Shown in pieces: positions 30,558-45,617 of a stretch of DNA of 64,000 bases. The translations under genes and the position numbers were made by a program. This DNA is from the human T2T-CHM13v2.0 reference genome, Homo sapiens. The notes under the pieces are model-generated. The model made no database searches and had not been told where the DNA came from. It saw only the letters and a list, made by a program, of their open reading frames with translations. Every line of letters begins with the position of its first letter. Position 1 is the stretch's first letter. The stretch is from NCBI RefSeq assembly GCF_009914755.1, contig NC_060926.1. One strand, 5' to 3'.

Positions 30558-31893
30558 GTCAGAGGAATATATAGCAGGCTCAAATATTTATCTTTTTAAT
30601 TGTGAAATCATCTTTGCAATATTTATTATGAAATAAGTTTTAAAATATTGCATAATTCTAAAATATGATTTAAAATAAATTATTTCTCTGTAGTAAAAAA
30701 AAATAGAGCAGGTTTTGATCAATAGAAGTTTGATTACTTGGCATAAGTAAGGAGGACACTGGGAGTTTTCACAAAAGCAGTGTCTCCCAGAGGAAAAGTG
30801 ACAGGGAAGTTTTATGGGGTGATAGGGAAGAAGGTGCATCATCTCATGTAGAGGAAGAGTTCCAGTTGCGGAGATGCAGTGAGTAATCACGCCAGTGCGT
30901 AGATCGCATCTTATGGTAATGAAGCTATAGCTCCTCCCCAGGGTGGAGACTTTAGCATGGTAATGAGGAAATTTCACACAGACTCGTCTATGAGTTGCTG
31001 GGGTCTGTCAGAAGCTTGCCCTAACCAACAAGGTGACAGCATTACACACCAGGCTTGGGAAAAAAACAAGTGATAGGGCAGGAGGCTGTAAAACAGGCTG
31101 ATGGTTCAACTTTATTAAATGTTATAATCCCTGGAGACCCCCCTGCCTGCTTACAGAACTATCACATTCAGGGCATCATAAGATACAACAATGTAACAGC
31201 ACTCAGAGGCGCTTCATCTTAATCCTCTGTTTTAATTTCTTCTATGTTTTTCAAGTGTATTTGCCTTCTTCATTTCATGGAAATTTCTTGAAAGTTGAAG
31301 TACTCTATGTATTTTGCATTTTTCTACTATGCCTCCTGGGATACTTACTAGAATAATAAAATTGAGCTGGAATGTGACAGATGAAATTGCTAGCAAATAT
31401 GTCAAACCAAGTAGTATTGGCTTTGATTATTCATAAATTTTGTTATTTACCTATAAAATGGTATCATGAGTATAATCACATTTTATACACTTCTATTAAA
31501 TTTACAGATTATAGCTATATTTCAATTTATAATCATTTTAGTCTCTAGCCTTACAAAATAGTATGGAAGTTTTAGTATAGATACTACATTCTACAGGTAT
31601 AAAAGTAGTGTTCAAATAATCTTAAAAATTGCAAAATAACTGAGACCAAAAAAATTAGACTCTAGAATATAGCAAAATATTAAAATAACATATGAACAAT
31701 CTCCCCCATTCCTCACAAAAAGAAAATAAATTTAAAAAGAGAAGTTAAAAGACATTAATCCCAAGTATTATATATTTTGTTTTAAAAAGGCCTGATTTTA
31801 TATAATTACTAACACATAGAAAGGTCCACATAGAAATGTTTATTTGCTAAAGCTGATATTTGAAATAATCACACACATGCACATAAAAGCTAA

Positions 31894-32058
<165 letters not shown>

Positions 32059-33127
32059 TAGTTATAAACACAGGCTCATAAAGTCAAAATCTTATTGAAG
32101 AACATAGTGATTTTCTATTTTAATCTATAATAGTAAAAAGGAAGTACACTTTCAACTTAAATTTGTTAACTCAAAGATTGCTATGGTGAGCATAACAAGG
32201 TTATTTATATAAAAATAAAATATATGTTATTTTTTTCTGTCATACTTTAAATGTAATATTTATCACACATGAAAAACACATACATTGTATTAATTTATAA
32301 TTGAATACATTTCATAAAAATCAACTGAAATGAATTTTCTATAATTTAACTATTTGATATAATGAACATTTTCACATGCTAAAGGTGTAAAACACCAATC
32401 ATGTTTTTGCTCATTTCAATTTAATCTTTGGTGATCTATTTAAATTTTAGCTTCATGTTACTGAAAATGACATAGCTGATGCTGTTTTTAGTCTAAAATG
32501 TGCTATCCTAAAGAGAGTTATATATACTATCGGTGGTATTTAAGATAGTTTTAGATGGTAAATGTGTTAACATTTTGAAAAAATTTATTTAATTGGCTTA
32601 AATATTCAGCATTGTTTAAAATTTAAGGTACTGAACAAAAAAATTAATGATATTTTGGTAATTGGAGTGGTGCTATTTGGAACTATTTTAAGGACTTAGG
32701 GAAAACTCAAGTTTTCAAATCCTTTTTGAAAGCTTATTCTCTTATAAGCAAACATAAAAATATCTTTATTGCTTCATTCCATTTGAATCTTGACCAGTAA
32801 TTAGAGAGAAAATCAACGTGGCTGGAAGGGAAATGGAGTGGGGAAAGCTGGACTTATGCATAGAAAAAACTATGGCAACTGGCAAATCATTAAAATCTGG
32901 AGACTATCTTGTTTATTTAAAAAGTAATTATTGATTTTTTGCTATATGTCATGACTTGTGGGAGCTCTGAGGACATAAAAGTGAATAAGGGCTGGGCATA
33001 GTGACACACACCTATAATCCCAGCACTTTGACAGTCTGAGGTGGGTGGATTGCTTGAGCTCAGGAGTTCGAGACCAGCCTGGCCAACATGGTGAGATCCC
33101 ATCTCTACAAAAAAATTTTAAAAATTA

Positions 33128-33307
<180 letters not shown>

Positions 33308-33721
33308 TCACCTTCCTTATCCTCATAGACTGCCAGTAAAGGAAGATGCAAATAAATCCAAAATTAATGTACATACATAAGTAAAATACAAAGAAATATA
33401 AAATTAATCACACTACCAAAGAGGCATAATTTTCCAGTTGATTTAGGACTGAACACATGCATGTAACTACTCTTTTTTCTAAAACCTCACCAAAGAATTC
33501 TGAATGGAATAGAAAAAAAAATTACAACGTCTAAACTGCAGAGGACAAAATAGAATGCCAAAGGAGATGATAATAATATCTGGGGAGTTGGCTCGCTGAT
33601 AGACAAGTGGTAATTGCCTTTCTCAAAAAAAAAAAAAAAAAAAAAAAGTAAACCAAATCCTAATCTCCCAATGGCAAAAAAATAAAAAGCCAGCTGCTTT
33701 ACCCTGCTAATCACCTGACCA

Positions 33722-34507
33722 TGAAAAGAGCCAAATTCTGTAAAATATTTGAAGAGTAAATTTTTCTGTAAAATATTCTGAGCCAAATATGAGTGGTCAT
33801 GACCCAAGGCACAGTCTCAAGAGGTCCTAAGAACATGTGCCCAAGGTGGTTGGGTTGACAAAAGACATCAATCTACACATGTGAAGTATCCATAGGTTTG
33901 GGGGAGAGGAGGGGACAGGCGCACAGGTGGGAAGTGTAGTAGTTTATAGGTCATAGGATTATAGATGGAGTCAAAGATTTTCTGATTGGCAATTTATTGA
34001 AAGAGTTAAGTTATTATCTAAAAACCTGGAATCAATAGAAAGGAGTGTCTGGAGGAAGATAAGGGGTGATGAAAACCAAGGTTCTTATTATGTAGATAAA
34101 GTCTCATAGGTGGCTGCCCTTACAGACAATAGATGGCAATTGTTTCCCATTCATACCTGTAAAGGGTTCTAGTCTCTCAGTTCATCTCTTCAGGATTGGA
34201 AGGGACTGAAAAGGGAAAGATTTGGTTATATTCTTCATATTCTTGACAGATGTAAATTTTCCCTCACAACAGAAGGCTTTGTAGGGCCACTCAAAGTATG
34301 TCAAAGAGACATATTTTGGGGTAAAATATTTTGATTTTCTTCTTTATCTGTCATTTGATGTTACGCCAGAGTAAGGTTGGAAAGTAAGCTTGTCATATAG
34401 GATAAAATAAAACCCATCTGGTGAGATTTTATGGTTTGTAGGATGTTATTCCCCAGGCCTCTTAGGAATTTGGGCAAGACAGAAAAAAGGTCAGAGTTTA
34501 GTCCTCA
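33722..34507 (-). mobile_element. MER4-family solo LTR
   Basis: tgaaaagagccaaattctgtaaaatatttgaagag...agagtttagtcctca. Confidence 0.75.
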
Positions 34508-34689
34508 CACCTCCAGAAGGTAGTGATGAAAATATGAATTTTTAAAAAAGAAGATTTGTTGAAATTCTGTTTAAAATACAATTAGAATATCAGATCCCCT
34601 TGCCAACTTGATGCTGCAGGTGAATACTCCCACACCCCATTTCAGGAGATGACTAGAGGATTAATTTCCAGAAAAGGGAGGAGAAAGGG

Positions 34690-35075
34690 TCTCCAGACTG
34701 CCATGACAAACACCACAGACTGGGTGGCTTAAACAATATAAGTTTATTTTTTCGCAGTACTGGAGGCTAGAAATTCATGATCAAGGTGCAAAGTGCTGTC
34801 AGGGTTGGTTTCTAGTAAGGGTTCTCCTCCTGGCTTCTCCTCTTGGCTGCCTTTTCACTATGTCCTCACATGGCCTTTCTTTTGTGTACTGGAGGAAACA
34901 GTTCTCTGGTGTCTCTCACACGTCTTATAAGGACACCTAAGGATACCAGCTCTACCATATCAAGCCCTCACCCTTATGACTGCACTTAACCTTAATTACT
35001 AATTTGTAGGCCTATCCCCAAATACACTCACATTGGAGATTAGGGCTTTAACATATGAATTTGGGGCCACCAACT
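34690..35075 (-). mobile_element. MLT1-type MaLR LTR
   Basis: caccacagactgggtggcttaaacaa...ttagggctttaacatatgaatttgggg. Confidence 0.75.
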
Positions 35076-35098
35076 CAATTAATAATATATACCATAGT

Positions 35099-38000
35099 TG
35101 TAAGGTTTCTGTATCGGTTTGAACCCCGAGAGCACGTCAATAGACAACACGAGGTGGTGTGGAGCAACATGCTGTTTTAATGAGCGCCTGGGTGCAGGCG
35201 GGCTGAGGCCTAAAATGGCATCAGCACCAAGTGAGGACAAGACAAAGGTTTTATAGTCTCCTGTAAACAGGAAGTGTTCTAGTCTGACATAACTGCTGCG
35301 TTGTACCTGGATGGCCTCTTTCTCGATCTTCAGGGTTACGTGTCTTCCGGCCAGGGTAGCTGTCTTTCGGTCGGCTCTCTTCCTGCTTCTGATATCTTGC
35401 TGGCGCACGCCGCTGACGTAAGTAGCCTTGCGCCTTCGTACTGGGCCTGAGAAGGAAGGAGTTATTCATCTCCTTAAGCTTTCAGGCCTCAGGGAGAATC
35501 GTACATTCCCGTCTATTTGGTTGTAGATAAAAGGGATAAGGGGCCTCTTTCTCAATAACTACTTCACGTGTGATATAGGGGGTGGTGTGGGCACCTTGGA
35601 AAAACAAAACCTTAATTTTTTGGGTATTCTTGAGAGACGGGTTGGTATCCACATTGTCCTTGTAGTAGGAGCATCATCTGTATTGTCTGGAAACGCGTCT
35701 GTGCCTGCAAGACAGTTATGTTGAGAGGACAAGGAGGTGTCAACAGGGAGAGGTATAGCCTCATTTGCTGCTTCACGAATGAAAGACTGTGTCTGGATTA
35801 AGGAGGGGAGGTAATTTCTGAGTGGGTTAGAGTTTGGTAAGGGTGGAGGCACTAAGATAAAAGTTCGGCCATACATGATTTTAAAGGGACTATAAAAAGA
35901 GGCTGCTTTTGGTGTTGTGTGGAGTCTCATGAGGGCAAAAGGGAGATTTTTTGTCCACGACTGGTGGGTTTTTAGAGCCAGCTTCGTGAGTTGCGCTTTA
36001 AGTACAGATTTAGTTTTTTCAACTTTGCCTGAAGATTGAGGCCTGTAGGGTGTGTGGGGAACCTACTTCATATTTAGAGATGTAGAGACACCTTGAATAA
36101 TTTGGCTGATGAAGGCCGGCCTGTTATTGGGCTGGATGGATGTTCAGAGTACGAAATGGGGAATTATATGCATGATGAGAGTTTGTGTGACGACATTTGC
36201 ACCTTCTGAAGTTGTTGGGAACATTTTTACTTACCTGGAGAAAGTATGGACAAAGACTAGAAGATAGCAGAGCGGCATGTGAGTGAGGTTTACTTGCCAT
36301 TCTTGCCTTGGTACCTGGCCCCAGGCTTGGTCGGTAGGAAAAGGTAGCGGCCAGAGGGAGCCTTGGGGTGACACTGAGTGGCAGATAGAGCCAGACTGGG
36401 TAATTTCTCAGACATGGCTGGAAAGGTGAGGACAAGTGAGAATAGGGTGGAAAAGTTGCAAGAGAGGTTTGTAACCGACATGGAAAGAGTTGTGGAGTCT
36501 TTGGAGGTGAGGAAGATTTTGAGAGTGAGGAAGAACAAAGCACCTTTCCTTGACATACCATGGTCCTTGCTTTTGAAGGTTTTGGGCTCAGAAGTCCTGC
36601 TTTTCTTCTGAGGAGTAAAGAGGAGAGAACAAGGACAGGGAGAGAAACTGGCCTTGCACGGATCATAGGGCTATTTGTTTCACTACCTGATCTGTTAGCG
36701 CATTTCCAGCCGATATGTGATTGTCTGGGGTTTGGTGGCCCCTGCAATGAATGATGGCAACTTTCTGCAGGAGCCTGATAGCTTGAAGGAGTTTGTTGAT
36801 GAGAGAGCCATTTATGACAGGAGTGTTTTTTGCAGCTAGGAAACCCCGTTTTTTCCAGGTAGACGAGTGTGACTGTACTATATGGAACGTATAATGAATG
36901 ACAAATTGAATATATGTTAATTTGTTGTCCGGCTGTCAGTGTGAGAGCTTGAGTGAGGGCAATGAGTTCAGCTTTTGGGAGGTAGTGCCTAGGGGCAGTG
37001 GATTGGCTTCAATAGTATGTGGGGGCGGGGGGCGGGGGACACTATAGCATAGCCAGCATGCCGGCGTCCTTGCTGTAAGAAGGAGCTGCCGTCTACAAAC
37101 CAAGTAAAGAAGGGGTTCATCTGTTAGATTTGGAAAAGGTATAAGAAAGGTTTGAACAGTGTTCACACAGAAGTGTTTAGGGTCTTTGGCGGTTGTAGCT
37201 TCAGGTAAGAGCATGGCTGGGTTTAGATGGGAGCTGGTTAGCATAGTGATTTGGGGGGTTTCTATGAATAGAGCATACAGTTGGAGGAGTCATGGGGCAG
37301 AGATGAGACTAGTACACTGCAGTGAGTTGGCATGTCTTTGATGTTATGGGTTGAATAAACTGTTAGGTTGGCATGGAGAGATAGTTTTAGGCTTTTAAGG
37401 GTTAGGACAGCAGCTGCCGCCAATGGTCGGAGGCAGGCAGGCCATCCAAGAACTGAGGCTTTAAGCTGTTTAGAGAGGTAGGCAATAACCTGAAGGGTGG
37501 GTCCTTTAGACTGGGTTAGAACACCTAGTGTAACTCTATGCTGTTGGTCAGTATAGAGGGAGAAAGGTTTGGTGAGGTCTGGGAGAGTGAGGACAGGGCT
37601 GAGGTGAGAGCCTTCCAGAGTAGACGGAAAGGTTGGGTAATAGGCTGTGCAGATTTTTAAGGCTCATGGAGTGGGGCTTTAGCAGCTTGGTATAATGGTT
37701 TGGCAAGTAGAGCGAAGGAGGGAACCTAGAGCCTAAAACATCCCACTAATCCTAGAAAAGAGAGAGAATTTTTTGCTTAGTTTGCAGAGGCAGGAGGGAT
37801 TGGAGGAGAGATATGCAGTCAGCTGTGAGCCCTTGGGTTCACGGGGTAAGAGCTAGCCCTAGATAGGTGACTAAGGGGGTGCATAATTGTGCTTTCTTAG
37901 AGGAGACCTAATACCCTCGTTTTGTCAAGAAGTTTAAAAGAGAGAGATAGTGTGGGTGTTGCAGTGTTTTTGAGAGGGGCTACACAGGAGCAGATTATTA

Positions 38001-41000
38001 ACACATTGAAGGAGAGTGGATGGTTTTAGGGATAGGGTACTGAGGTCAAGAGCAAGGGCCTGTCCAAAAAGATGGGGGCTGTCTCTGAAACCTTGAGGTA
38101 GTATGCACCAGGTGAGCTGATGTGAAAGTTTGGAGTTGGGGTTTTCCCATGTAAAGGCAAAGAGGTTTTGGGAATCAAGGTGTAAAGGAATTGTGGGGAA
38201 AAAAAAGCATCTTTTAGGTTTAGAACAGAAAAATGGGTGGTATTAGACAGAATTACGGAAAGTAAAGTATATGGGTTAGGAACTACTAGACATACTGGGA
38301 GTACAGCTTGGTTAATGAGCCTGAGGTCCTGGATTAAGCGATAAGTTTCATCTGGCTTTTTGACAGGTAGAACTGGTTTGTTAAAAGGGGAGTTTGTTGG
38401 GTGGAGTAGGCGACTGGTGAGGAGGCGAAAATGATAGGCTTTAGGCCTATGCGAGTTGCTTGGGAGATGGGATACTGCTTCTGTGATAGGAACTGGGTGG
38501 GCTTTTTAAGGGCAATGTGGATGGGGGTGTGGTGTTTTGTGACTGAGGGTGTGGAAGTGTCCTAAACAGAGGGGTTAACTACGGATGGGGGATAAGGAAA
38601 AGTTGCATGTTTTAAGGTGGCAGGTTGGAGGAGTAGAAGAAAGTTAGAAGCCCCAGAGGGGTCTGGGTTGGTGCGTTGGGTACTATGGGGAACATGGAAG
38701 TGAAGAGTAGTGTGGAGCTTTGAAAGGAGTGGAGTTTGGCATGAGGGTAGGACTAAGAAAGTGAGTGAAGGAAAAGGTGTATAGGGAGCAGAAAAGTGGA
38801 GGGGTGGCTTGGGGTTTGGAGACTTGTCTATTAATTTCTACAATAGAGACTTGGGAGAACTCAGTGGGTCCTGAAAAATTAGGTAAAGCAGTGTAGGTTG
38901 CCCTGGTATTAATTAAAAAACATACTGGCCTACCTGCCACCATCAGGGTTACCCTTGGCTCGGATGAAGAGATGGTAGTTGCCAGGGTGTCCATTTCAGG
39001 GCACCGTCACTCTTCAGTGGCAAGGCCGATGAGATCCTAATAGGAGGTTTTGGCCAGCTTCGGAAGGGATGGGGGCGGTCCTCGTGGGGTCCGCTGACAG
39101 TCCAACCTCCGGTGGGGTCCTCCGCAAAGGGGGCATGGCCTGGTGGGCTTACCTGGGTTTGGGCATTGTCTGGACCAGTAGCCTTCATTGCCACACTTGA
39201 AACAGGCGCCAGGTGGAGGTGGATTGCTAGGAGGCTTCCCTGTTGAGCTGCAGCCCTGCGGGCCTGGTGGAGGTAAGCATTTGAGACTACCTGTGTTTTG
39301 CCTTTCATTTTCCTCATCACGATTGTTAAAGACTTTGAAGGCTAAATTAAGAAGGTCTCCATGTGGGGTTTGAGGGCCGTCATCAAGCTTCTGAAGTTTG
39401 CGTGGAATATTGGGGGTGGACTGGGAGGTGAACCAAAGGTTTAAGATAGTGGTTCCTTTTCAGCTGGCTGAGTTTAGGTTGGTGTATTTTCTTATGACTT
39501 CAGTTAAACAAGAGAGAAAAAGGGCTGGTTTTCGTCAGGACCCTGGGTGATTTCTGAAAGTTTTTCATAGTTTACTACTCTATGGGCACCCTTTTTGAGT
39601 CCTGCAAGGAGACACACAATCATGTGGTCTTGATGGTGGCATCCAGAGGCCCCATCTTGATAATACCAGTGGGGGTCCTGATTGGGAACTGCCTCTGCGC
39701 CAGTAGGCTGGGCAGGAGTTTGGTGATGAATTGTATCAGCCTGCGCCTGAGCTAGGGTCCAGATATGGTCTTAGTCTTCTGGGGTGAGGGTGGAAGAGAA
39801 TAATGTAGAGGTCATGCCAGGTTAGTTTATAAGACTGGGTAAGGTACTGAAACTCCCTAATATAAGAGGTGGGGTCTTCTGGAAATGAACCGAGTCTTTT
39901 GTTAATTTGAGACAGATCAGTGAGGGAGAAGGGAACATGAACTCTAGTAATACCTTCAGTTCCTGCTACTTCCTGAAGTAAGGGTGGGTCATAGGCTAAA
40001 GATGGCATCTGAAGGAGTATGGGCCGGAGGGAAGGAAAAAGCCGGAAGTGGTTCCTGCTGAGGGTATGAAGGGGGAAGGGAGTTGAGTTGATAAGCAGTG
40101 GAGGATACATACGGGCGTAAGGTGGCAGGATGGGTTTATAGGCTTCAGGAGAGGGCGATGAGGAAGGAGAATGAGTACAGGCAATGCTAGAATTGTCCTG
40201 ATGGGACGGTGTAGGAAAAGAAGTGGATACAGCTGACTGGGAAGGTGGTGGCTGAGAAGATGATGACTGAGAAGACAACGAACGGGTTAAAGAAGGCGAT
40301 TGAGAGAAAGAGGTAGTGGCTGGGAGGCATGGACAGCAGTCTGCTGGATTGAATGAGGAAAAAGAGGTAGGGTTGGGAGGAGAAAGGTGATCTGGATAGC
40401 AAGAATGGAAGAGAAGGATTTGAACAGGTAAACAAGAATTGTAGAGGTCGGGCTGTGATCTGAGTGCAAAAAACGCCTGGACATACAGAATTTCTCCCCA
40501 TTTCTCCAGTCATTGGCAATAATTGCTTAAGTTCGTTAAAATTATAAAGTCAAATGTTTTATTTGAGGGCCATTTAGATGCATTGTTTAATTTGTACTGC
40601 ATCCAGGCTATATTGTAAAAAAAGACGGGGCACTTAGGGTGGATATCTTGTCTGAGGCCTAAGGTTTGCAGGGTTCTTTTATGAGGCAGCCTAGAGGGCT
40701 GTTTTTTGGAATAGAGGACCAAGAATTTCCCATAACGGAGGGTAGGCATGGGAGAACAGAGAAAAAGGAGACCGTCCTGGACAGCTGGAGGGAGACGATA
40801 AAAGGAGTGATCGTCACTGCTGCCTTTTTCGTTCCCGGAATGGGATCAGTTGGCTTAGAGGTGTCCCCTAAGAACAGATGATCAGCAACTGCCTGGCACA
40901 CACCAGAGCCTTCTTGGACCAACGCTGGATTTTTGGACCGGAGAAACCAAGAGAGGCCATGTAGATTTTTCCCTGTTGACAGAGCTCCCAGGAAACTTAC

Positions 41001-41555
41001 TGGTAGGTGAGATCAGTGACTAATGTGCATGCAGAGGGGTGACTGGAGGCTGAGGAGTTTCCTTTGTCTGGCTGCTGTGGCCTACTCTCTGGGGTGGAGG
41101 GGTAGGCCCAAGGAGGACGCAGACTTGAGCCCCTCCCAGGTTTTGGCACCAGAACGTAAAATTTTTGTATTGGTTTGAAACCCAAGAGCGCAACAGACAA
41201 GATGAGGTGGTGTGGAGCAACATGCTGTTTTAATGAGCGCCTGGGTGCAGGTGGGCTGAGGCTGAAAATGGCATCAGCACCAAGTGAGGACGGGATAAAG
41301 GTTTTATAGTCTCCTGTAAACAGGAAGTGTTCTAGTCTGTCGTAACTGCTATGTTGTACCTGGATGGCCTCTTTCTCGATCTTCAGGAGTATGTGTCTTC
41401 CAACCAGGGTAGCTATCTTCTGGCCAGCTCTCTTCCTGCTTCTGCTATTTTGCTGGTGTACCCTGCTGATATATGTGGCCTTGCACCTTGGTACTGGGCC
41501 TGAGAAGGGAGGAGTTACTCATCTTAAACTTTCAGGCCCCAGGAAGAATCTTACA
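35099..41555 (-). mobile_element. HERV-F-group provirus (HERVH48/HERV-Fb-like, MER48-like LTRs); gag-pro-pol remnants; no recognisable env
   Basis: LTRs at 35099-35505 and 41155-41555; exact TSD ATAGT (35094-35098 and 41556-41560); gag (RVHVPFSLTDLSQ), protease (FLINTRAT), RT and integrase (SPFKIMYGR) remnants. Confidence 0.88.
41134..41151 (-). promoter_or_regulatory. Primer binding site, tRNA-Phe
   Basis: TGGTGCCAAAACCTGGGA versus the tRNA-Phe complement TGGTGCCGAAACCCGGGA (2 mismatches). Confidence 0.85.
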
Positions 41556-41748
41556 ATAGTGAAAAAAAAAGCATTAAATAAATGTTTATCCACTTGCACT
41601 CTTATTTAGCTACCAGTCCCCACACAGGAGGCTGGACAAGTCTACTCTGTTATCTGCACAACCTAAAGAGTCTGACATGAGGGCATTTCCCAGCACGATG
41701 GGCAAATGGGATCACCTTACAACAAACCCCATCACGTGCAGAACACAC

Positions 41749-42936
41749 TGTTAAAAAAAAAAATCATGAGCCAAACTAAATTTAACGGAGTTTAATTGAG
41801 CAAAGAACAAATCATGAGTCAGGCAGCCTCTCAAGCCAGAGTAGGTTCACAGACTCCAGCACAGGCATGTGGTTGGAAGATTTGTGGACAGAGAAAGTAA
41901 AGTGATGTACAGAAAATGGAAGTGAGGTACAGAAACAGCCTGATTGGGTACAGCCCAGCATTTACCTTAATTTAACATGGTTTGAACAGTTGGTCTCCTT
42001 TGATTGGCCAAAATGTGGTGATTAGCACAAGAGTAGGTTACAGTCTGCTTATGCCTCCATTTAGGTAACAGTTCATGATTTTCAGAGAAAGCTTTAGGCT
42101 GGACTTAAAATATGTAAGGAGGCAAGTTTAGGCTAAAGTTAATTTAACAATCTCCCTTTTTGGTCATCTTCTCAATTTTGAGAGATTGACCAAAACTTTA
42201 GTCATTGATGTAACTATCACCATCATAAATGTCCTTATTTGGTTTCAAAACCCACCGGAAAATAGCATAATAGTGGATTTTGTAAGATAGGAACAAGGAC
42301 TTCGGTAATTTTTTTTTACGGGTTAGAGTAGAGGGTACCTCCTCATGCTGGAATATCCTGTTTACAGGAGAAAAACAAAACCTAGTCTGTTCTAGGATAT
42401 ATCTGTTTCCTTGAAGTCTTATTTTTTATTATGTCACATTTATCATAAGTGACTGCTTTTTGGTTTGGTCTGGTCTGTGGGGTCCTAGTGCATGAGCTCA
42501 CTCCAAAACAGTATCCTCCCATAATTTTGTTTAAATCTGTTAAAAGAAAATCCTTAACCAAATTAAATTTATCCGAGTATAATTGAGCAAAGAACGATTG
42601 ACAAATTGGGCTGCCTCCCAAGCCATAATAGACTCAGAGATACTCCACCGCAGCCACGTGGTGGAAGAAGATTTATGGACAGAAAAAGGAAAGTGACATA
42701 CAGAGAAGGGAAGTGAGGTACAGAAACAGCCAGGTTGTTTACAGCTCAGCATTTGCCTTATTTGAGCAGGGTTTGAACAGTTTCTCTTCTTTGGCCAAAA
42801 TGCGGTGATTAGCACTGGAGCAGGTTACAGTTTGTTTACATCTCCATTTAGGTTATAGTTCACTATGCACAGAGAAACCTTTAAGCCAAACTTGAAATAT
42901 GTAAGTAGATAGCTTTAGGCTAAACTTGATTCAACA
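41749..42936 (-). mobile_element. Miniature two-LTR MER57-type element (LTR 41749-42149, ~390-bp internal segment, LTR 42538-42936)
   Basis: Two colinear ~400-bp TG...CA repeats; 4-bp TSD ACAC on both sides; purine tract next to 42150. Confidence 0.8.
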
Positions 42937-43105
42937 ACACTCATGTTTATTATACCCAAATTACAAAACTTTTCATGAAAATCTATTTTTATACATCCAT
43001 GTTGTGTGGAAAATTTTTTAAAAAAAGAAAAAAGAAATCTGTTTTTAGTTTATGACCATATGAATATGTTAACCTATTAAATTTTTTTTAATAACTTTAT
43101 AGGGG

Positions 43106-43939
<834 letters not shown>

Positions 43940-44949
43940 CTATGACAAATACCGAGGAGTGACTGAAAAAAAAATTAACAAACATATAGCAACAGTTAAA
44001 AATAAGTAAATAGAAATCTGCATAGACCAGAAATTTACAACTATTATTGAAGAAAAGAACAGTAAGAAACCAGAAAGTAGTATTTTGGGGGCAGCTCACG
44101 TGGAGTCAGGCTCAGTGTAGGACTTGAGTGAAAGACTTTCCCAAGAAGCCCCAGGGCTAATCTGGGCAGCCCTGGATGCTTAGGTCTGGAACCCAGGGCC
44201 AGAATCTTTGACAGCCAGATCCAGTAAAGGCCAAAACCAAGAATCTCCTCCCACACCAGTGGATTCTCAAAACACAGTGCACTTGATCAGGCTGTCAGAA
44301 TTACCTAGAGCAGTGCATATTCTGATGGAGAGAATTCTCTGAACAATCCTGAATTGCATTTAAAAGTGTGCGAAATATTTGTGTAATAAATCCTTCGTTT
44401 GTGTTCATTTGTTAGAAGCCAATTCTAAACATTCAAATATTCTAATATGTAAACAAAAAAACTGGAAAAAGAATTTGCATTTAATTTGACCGGAGAATAT
44501 GTGCTTCTCTTAGCTGTGAATTTTTTTTCACTTTATTCAGTTTGCTTTCAGAACATAAACTGCATTCTAATCCTGTTATTTTGTTCTTAATATTTATCAT
44601 CCTCTAAAGAGAAGTTAGAATGTTTATATAGAAGCCAGGGAAGTGGTAAAGTGATATTATTCAGTGAGATTTATTTATGAAGCCAATAAATCCTGCAAAA
44701 AGATGTCCTTTGACCATTTAAAAGTTTACAGCTCTATTGCAACTTATTAAATGTCCAAGAGCCTTGTTGACACATAAATACATGTATGACACATAAAGAT
44801 CACTGAAATTTCAAACCTGTCACCTTTCATTATTGTTACTAAGGAAAAACAAAAAATAAGAGAAAGACTATAAATATTCAGTCTTGTTTAGAAAACTAAA
44901 GGGATTAAGCTTATTTTAAATTTTTAAAAGAAAATTTGTCAACCATAGC

Positions 44950-45617
44950 TGTAGGGGTTTTCTGCCTGTCTTTGAAAAACCACACAGTAATATAATTTAT
45001 ATTCTGGCCCACAAGACTGCCGCCACTTCAGATGCCAGTCAAAAATCCTAGAAACCACCCTTACTTTAGACGCACCAGCTGTAAATTCAGGGATTTCCAC
45101 AGTGCCCTTTGCAGGCTCCATAATTTGCTAGAGCAATTTCAGAACTTTACTTTCACTTTACTTTATGTTTGCCAGTTTACTATAAAGATACAACTCAGAA
45201 ACAGCCAATGGAAGAGATGCATAGGGCATGGAAATGAGGGAGCTTCCATGCCTTCTCTGAGCCTGCCACTCTCTTGGTACTTAAATGTGTTCATCAGCCC
45301 AGAACCTCTCTGAGTCTTACTGTTTTTATAAAGCTCAATCCCAGCCCTCCTCTCCCTCTGGGAGGTCAGTGGGTAGAGCTAAAAGTTTCACCTCTACTCC
45401 CTCTGATCACTTGGTCTTTTTGATGGGCAGCCCCCCATAGTGAGATGTCTCTCAGGGCCCCAACTTAAGTCACTTTATTAGCATCAACTCTCCTGTGATC
45501 TAAGGGAGCTTGTTATGAATAACAAAAAATACTTTTATCACTTGGAATATCCAAGGGTTTTAGCAGCCCTGTACCCTGAACTGAGAACAAAAACCAAATA
45601 TTTCTTGTTATAACACA
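44950..45617. mobile_element. MER21-like LTR
   Basis: gatacaactcagaaacagccaatggaagagatgcatagggca motif; TG...CA-like ends. Confidence 0.65.

Noticed and set aside
36124-36747. 207-aa ORF
   Set aside because: Out-of-frame reading of the HERV-F pol/integrase region with no recognisable domain.
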